NCBI GenBank assembly: GCA_965197585.1
Contig: OZ240215.1
Location: 640,001-704,000 of the forward strand
Length of the DNA stretch: 64,000 nt
Reading direction: 5' to 3'
From: Dehalococcoidia bacterium
GTDB lineage: Bacteria > Chloroflexota > Dehalococcoidia > Plut-88900
Part shown: positions 59,786 through 64,000 of the stretch, piece by piece
Layout of the letters: each line of letters opens with the position of its first letter
Position numbering within the stretch: the stretch's first letter is position 1
The notes under the pieces: model-generated
What the model was told of the DNA's origin: nothing
Databases searched by the model: none
What the model saw: only the letters and a program-made list of their open reading frames with translations
Position numbers and translations under genes: made by a program

Positions 59786-62572
59786 TTGAATAGCGACGAG
59801 CTAAGGCGAACATTCCTGTCATTCTATGAATCGAAGGGACATCTGGTCATACCCAGCTCGTCTCTGATACCCATTGGGGACCCGACCCTGTTGTTGACCA
59901 GCGCAGGGGTGGTGCAGATCAAGCCGTTCTTCACGGGAGAGGCCAAGGCGCCCGCGCCTCGGATAGCCTCGTGCCAGAAGTGTTTTCGCACCACGGACAT
60001 CGACTCCGTGGGAGATGCAGACCATCTGACCTTCTTCGAGATGCTGGGCAATTTCAGTGTTGCGGACTACTTCAAGAAGGAGGCGATAGACTGGGCGTGG
60101 GAGCTAGTGACGGAGCGGCTTAAGCTGCCGCCGGAAAAACTCTGGGTAAGCGTTTTTCTGAGTGACGACGAGTCGTACGAATTGTGGCGGGCCTTAGGGG
60201 TGCCGGAAGAACGGCTGGTGCGGTACGACGAAAGCGAGAACTGGTGGGGGCCTCCGGGGGACTCGGGGCCGTGCGGGCCGTGCACCGAGATCTACTACGA
60301 TTTCGGGGAGGAGCTTTCGTGCGGCAAGCCTGACTGCGGCCCGGCCTGCGACTGCAACCGATTCACGGAGTTCTACAACCTGGTACTCACCGAGTATTAC
60401 CAGGATACGGGGGGCAATCGGACGCCCCTGCCGAGCGGGAACATAGACACGGGGATGGGGCTGGAACGCACGGCGGCGATTATGCAGGGCGTTACCAACG
60501 TCTACGATACCGACGGGTTCCAGGCCATCATGGGGAAGGTGTCGGGGGTGACCGGGCGCACGTATGGGTCGGACAAGGAAACGGATGCGGCGATGCGGGT
60601 GCTGGCGGAGCACGCCCGGGGCACAACGTTCCTGATCAGTGACGGCGTGGTGCCGGGTAACGAGGGCCGGGGGTACGTGCTGCGGAGGATACTGAGGCGG
60701 GCGGTGACGTTTGCGCGGAAGCTCGGGGTCCGGGAGCCGGTGCTGGTGACGATAGCCGAGACGGTTATCGCGAATATGGAAGAGGCTTACCCGGATTTGG
60801 GGAGGAACCGGGAGTTCGTGTTGAAGGTTATCGAGCAGGAAGAGGCTCGGTTCCACGATACGCTGGACGCGGGGTTAGAGATACTCGACGGCATGGTTGG
60901 GTATAGACACTATTTTGCTCCAGTTGTAGAAAAAATTCTGAATGGGGATACGGATGCGAATGCTCCCGATTCAATCGATAATTTGATGGAAGCCGATCAC
61001 CTTTTGGAAGTGATGCGTGAATCGGGCAGCAACATTGGTGATAAAGGCAATCACATTGAGATGCTCAGATGGTCAGAGAACCTGCTAGGGAAAGAAGTGT
61101 TTGGGCTATATGACACTTATGGGTTCCCGCCCGAGTTGACGGAGGAAGTAGCTGCGGGCCACGGGTTCGGGGTGGACATGGAGGGGTTCGAGCGGGAGAT
61201 GGAGGCGCAGAGGGCGAGGAGCAGGTCGGCGAAGGCGTTTGGGAAGGACAAGATGTCGGAGGCGTATGCGGCTGTGGGGCTGGGGGCGACCCGGTTCACG
61301 GGGTATGAGACGCTGGCCGGTGAGTCGGTGGTGGTGGGGCTGCTGAGGGAAGGGGTGTCGGTGCAGAGGGTTGGGGGAGGGGAGGAGTTGGAAGTGGTGA
61401 CGATGGAGACGCCGTTCTATGCGGAGGGCGGAGGACAAGTCGGGGACCGAGGTGAGATCACAGGATCGGTCGGCCGGTTTATTGTCGAGGACACGCAGGC
61501 TACGATGTTGGGGTTCTACGTGCATCGGGGGAGGGTTGTCGATGGGGAGATGGTTGTTGGGGACCCGGTGACGATGGAGGTGGACATAAGGCATCGGAGG
61601 GAGTCGGCGAGGAACCACACGGCGACACACTTGCTGCACGCGGCGCTGAGGCAAGTGCTAGGGCAGCACGTCAGGCAGGCGGGGTCGCTGGTTGCGCCGG
61701 ACAGGCTGAGGTTCGACTTCACGCATCCGGTCGGGCTAGGAAGAGCCGACCTGCACGACATCCGAAACCTGGTGAATGAAAAGATCAGCTCTGATCTTGA
61801 GATTACCAAGGATGAGGCCCCGTATGCGGAGGCGATATCGAGGGGGGCGCTGGCGTTCTTCGGGGACAAGTATCCGGACGTGGTCAGGCTGGTGTCGATG
61901 GGGGATGGGGATGACAGATTCAGCTTCGAGGTTTGCGGCGGAACGCACGTGGCCCGGACGGGAGAGGTGTGGAATTTCCAGGTAACGGATGAGGGGAGCA
62001 TAGGATCGGGGCTGAGGAGGATCGAAGCGGTGACTGGGGGCTCGGTGCAGGACCTGCTGGTGCGGCGGTACGACCTGGTCGAAGAGCTATCGGCGCAACT
62101 GAAATCGCCGGCGGAAGAGATCGCCGACAAGGTAGCGGCCTTAGTGGAAGAGCGAGACTCGGAGCGCAGGCGGGCTGACCGGCTGGAGAGGGATGCAGCG
62201 CGTCGGGAGGCAGAGGGGCTGCTGGGCCGGGTGCAGGACGTGGATGGAGCAAAGGTGGTTGCGGCTCGGGTGGACGCGCCGAATGTTGAGACGATGCGAG
62301 AGATGGGCGACTTTCTGAAGGCTAAGCTAGGGAGCGTGTTCGTGGTGCTGGCGTCGGTGATCAACGACAGGCCGATGTTCGTCGCAATGGCGACGCCTGA
62401 CCTAGTGGCCAAGGGAGTACACGCCGGGAATATCGTGAAGCAAGTGGCGAAGGTAGCGGGAGGGGGTGGGGGTGGGAGTCCAGAGATGGCGCAGGCGGGT
62501 GGCAAGGACAAGAGCAAGGTGTCGGCAGCGTTGGAGGAAGTGGCAAGGTTGGTGAGAGAGGGTGGGAGCTAG
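59786..62572 (+). CDS. alaS: Alanine--tRNA ligase
   Basis: HLTFFEMLGNFS, GPCGPC, DTGMGLER, LYDTYGFP, NHTATHLLH, EVCGGTH, AQAGG. Confidence 0.98.
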   Translation: MNSDELRRTFLSFYESKGHLVIPSSSLIPIGDPTLLLTSAGVVQIKPFFTGEAKAPAPRIASCQKCFRTTDIDSVGDADHLTFFEMLGNFSVADYFKKEAIDWAWELVTERLKLPPEKLWVSVFLSDDESYELWRALGVPEERLVRYDESENWWGPPGDSGPCGPCTEIYYDFGEELSCGKPDCGPACDCNRFTEFYNLVLTEYYQDTGGNRTPLPSGNIDTGMGLERTAAIMQGVTNVYDTDGFQAIMGKVSGVTGRTYGSDKETDAAMRVLAEHARGTTFLISDGVVPGNEGRGYVLRRILRRAVTFARKLGVREPVLVTIAETVIANMEEAYPDLGRNREFVLKVIEQEEARFHDTLDAGLEILDGMVGYRHYFAPVVEKILNGDTDANAPDSIDNLMEADHLLEVMRESGSNIGDKGNHIEMLRWSENLLGKEVFGLYDTYGFPPELTEEVAAGHGFGVDMEGFEREMEAQRARSRSAKAFGKDKMSEAYAAVGLGATRFTGYETLAGESVVVGLLREGVSVQRVGGGEELEVVTMETPFYAEGGGQVGDRGEITGSVGRFIVEDTQATMLGFYVHRGRVVDGEMVVGDPVTMEVDIRHRRESARNHTATHLLHAALRQVLGQHVRQAGSLVAPDRLRFDFTHPVGLGRADLHDIRNLVNEKISSDLEITKDEAPYAEAISRGALAFFGDKYPDVVRLVSMGDGDDRFSFEVCGGTHVARTGEVWNFQVTDEGSIGSGLRRIEAVTGGSVQDLLVRRYDLVEELSAQLKSPAEEIADKVAALVEERDSERRRADRLERDAARREAEGLLGRVQDVDGAKVVAARVDAPNVETMREMGDFLKAKLGSVFVVLASVINDRPMFVAMATPDLVAKGVHAGNIVKQVAKVAGGGGGGSPEMAQAGGKDKSKVSAALEEVARLVREGGS

Positions 62573-62574
62573 GG

Positions 62575-63018
62575 GTGCGGTTGCTTGGTCTGGACGTGGG
62601 AGATATCAGGATTGGTGTGGCGGTGAGCGATCCGACCGGCACTGTGGTAGAGCCGCTCACCACAATAAGAGCCGGGACCCGGGCCGCGGCGATAGAGAAG
62701 ATAGCGGAGTTGGTGGAACTGGAATGCGTTGGGGAGGTGGTCGTGGGTACGCCGGTTTCGTTGGATGGGGAGGTCGGGCCGCAGGCGCGGAAGATACGAG
62801 CGTTTACGGACCTGCTGGCTAAGCGGATATCGAAGCCGGTGCGGATGTGGGATGAAAGCTATTCGTCAGTTGCGGCGGACAGGATCATGGGGGAGTCGGG
62901 GGTGGGGAGGAGGAAGAAGAAGGGGAAGCGGGACTCGGTGGCGGCGGCGGTAATTCTGCGGGAGTATCTTCAGGGGACTCGGAGCATGGGTGCCCCCCAG
63001 CCGGTTGATAGCTTATGA
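62575..63018 (+). CDS. ruvX: Pre-16S rRNA nuclease YqgF/RuvX
   Basis: LGLDVG..RIGVAVSD, WDE..SS, DSVAAAVIL; follows alaS. Confidence 0.92.
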   Translation: MRLLGLDVGDIRIGVAVSDPTGTVVEPLTTIRAGTRAAAIEKIAELVELECVGEVVVGTPVSLDGEVGPQARKIRAFTDLLAKRISKPVRMWDESYSSVAADRIMGESGVGRRKKKGKRDSVAAAVILREYLQGTRSMGAPQPVDSL

Positions 63019-63857
63019 GCAAGTCCCTCGGGATCATCGGGTATCCACTTGGGCATTCGATTTCTCCCGTGTTCCAGCAGGCGGCGTTGGACGCCCTAGG
63101 AATCGATGCTCGATACGAGGGCTGGGAGACTGCGCCCGAGGATTTGGCGAAACGGCTGGAAAGCTTCCGCTCAGACGGGGTGCTCGGGTCGAGTGTGACC
63201 ATCCCTCACAAAGAGTCGGTGATGCCGCTGCTGGACGAGGTGAGCGATACGGCGAGGAAGATAGGCAGCGTAAACACCATAGTTTCGCGAGGGGGCAGGC
63301 TGACGGGGCACAACACTGATGCGCCGGGCTTTCTGCGAGGGTTGAGGGAGAACGGCGGGTTCGAGCCACGGGGGAAAGACGTGGTGGTGGTGGGGACGGG
63401 AGGTGCGGGCAGGGCGGTGGCCTTTGGGTTGGCGGGGGAGAGCGGTGCATCGATGATGCTGGTGAATCGGACGGTTGCGCGGGCGGAGAGGTTGGGGGAA
63501 GAGGTTTCGGCGGCATATCCGGATGTGAAAGTGTCGGTGATGGGGGAGATACCGGAGGGATACAAATACGACTTGCTGGTCAACTGCACGTCGGTGGGGA
63601 TGCGGCACACGGCGGTGGAGGATGCATCGCCGGTGAGCCGAGACCGGATCGTGCCCGGAGCCCTGGTATACGACCTGATATATAATCCTGAAGAGACCGT
63701 GCTGCTGAAGCAGGCCAAGGAGGCCGGGGCGCAGACATTGGGCGGGCTGCCGATGCTGGTATTTCAAGGGGCGGAGGCGTTCGAGCTGTGGCTCAGGCGT
63801 TGGGCCCCGGTGGACGTGATGTTCCGAGCGGCGCGAGAAGCGATGGCAAATAGATGA
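63015..63857 (+). CDS. aroE: Shikimate dehydrogenase
   Basis: GHSISP, VTIPHK, VNT, NTD, GTGGAG, DLIYNP. Confidence 0.95.
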   Translation: MSKSLGIIGYPLGHSISPVFQQAALDALGIDARYEGWETAPEDLAKRLESFRSDGVLGSSVTIPHKESVMPLLDEVSDTARKIGSVNTIVSRGGRLTGHNTDAPGFLRGLRENGGFEPRGKDVVVVGTGGAGRAVAFGLAGESGASMMLVNRTVARAERLGEEVSAAYPDVKVSVMGEIPEGYKYDLLVNCTSVGMRHTAVEDASPVSRDRIVPGALVYDLIYNPEETVLLKQAKEAGAQTLGGLPMLVFQGAEAFELWLRRWAPVDVMFRAAREAMANR

Positions 63858-64000
63858 GTAAAATAAGGTTTCTGACCAGCGGAGAGTCCCACGGGCAGGG
63901 ACTCTCGATCATTATCGAGGGTATACCTGCCGGGCTTCGACTGAGTGAGGACTACATCCAGAAGGACCTGGCGCGCCGGCAGAAGGGTTACGGGCGCGGG
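63854..64000 (+). CDS. aroC: Chorismate synthase (3' truncated by window)
   Basis: [14 protein letters not shown]...[11 protein letters not shown]. Confidence 0.93.
   Translation, partial: MSKIRFLTSGESHGQGLSIIIEGIPAGLRLSEDYIQKDLARRQKGYGRG

Overview
This is a GC-rich bacterial window whose 16S gene and gene content point to Chloroflexota, most likely Dehalococcoidia or SAR202-like (inference). It holds mainly catabolic and housekeeping genes: hisAH, pheA, moeA, alaS-ruvX-aroE-aroC, an Sdh/HdrB-type module, LLM, Rieske and FAD oxidoreductases, and MFS transporters. It also has a stand-alone 16S rRNA gene with an expanded helix 6, one IS, a C-protein-controlled restriction-modification island and two toxin-antitoxin loci. 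The top finding is three diverged copies (about 19.3-21.4 kb, 31.2-32.0 kb and 43.5-44.5 kb) of an unannotated element. Each has a sigma70 promoter overlapped by a LexA-type box, then a long-range GCGATGGAAG.../...CTT(C/T)CATCGC stem that covaries between copies and encloses about 400 nt of hairpin-rich sequence. It is a candidate SOS-inducible large structured ncRNA family. Other highlights are a UGA-containing DsbA/FrnE selenoprotein truncated by the ORF track, a five-gene ureohydrolase cluster mixing intact and metal-site-dead subunits, a TPR-antitoxin fusion next to a PIN toxin, and an SdhA-like flavoprotein lacking the canonical catalytic residues. All calls were made by eye; no searches or folding computations were run.
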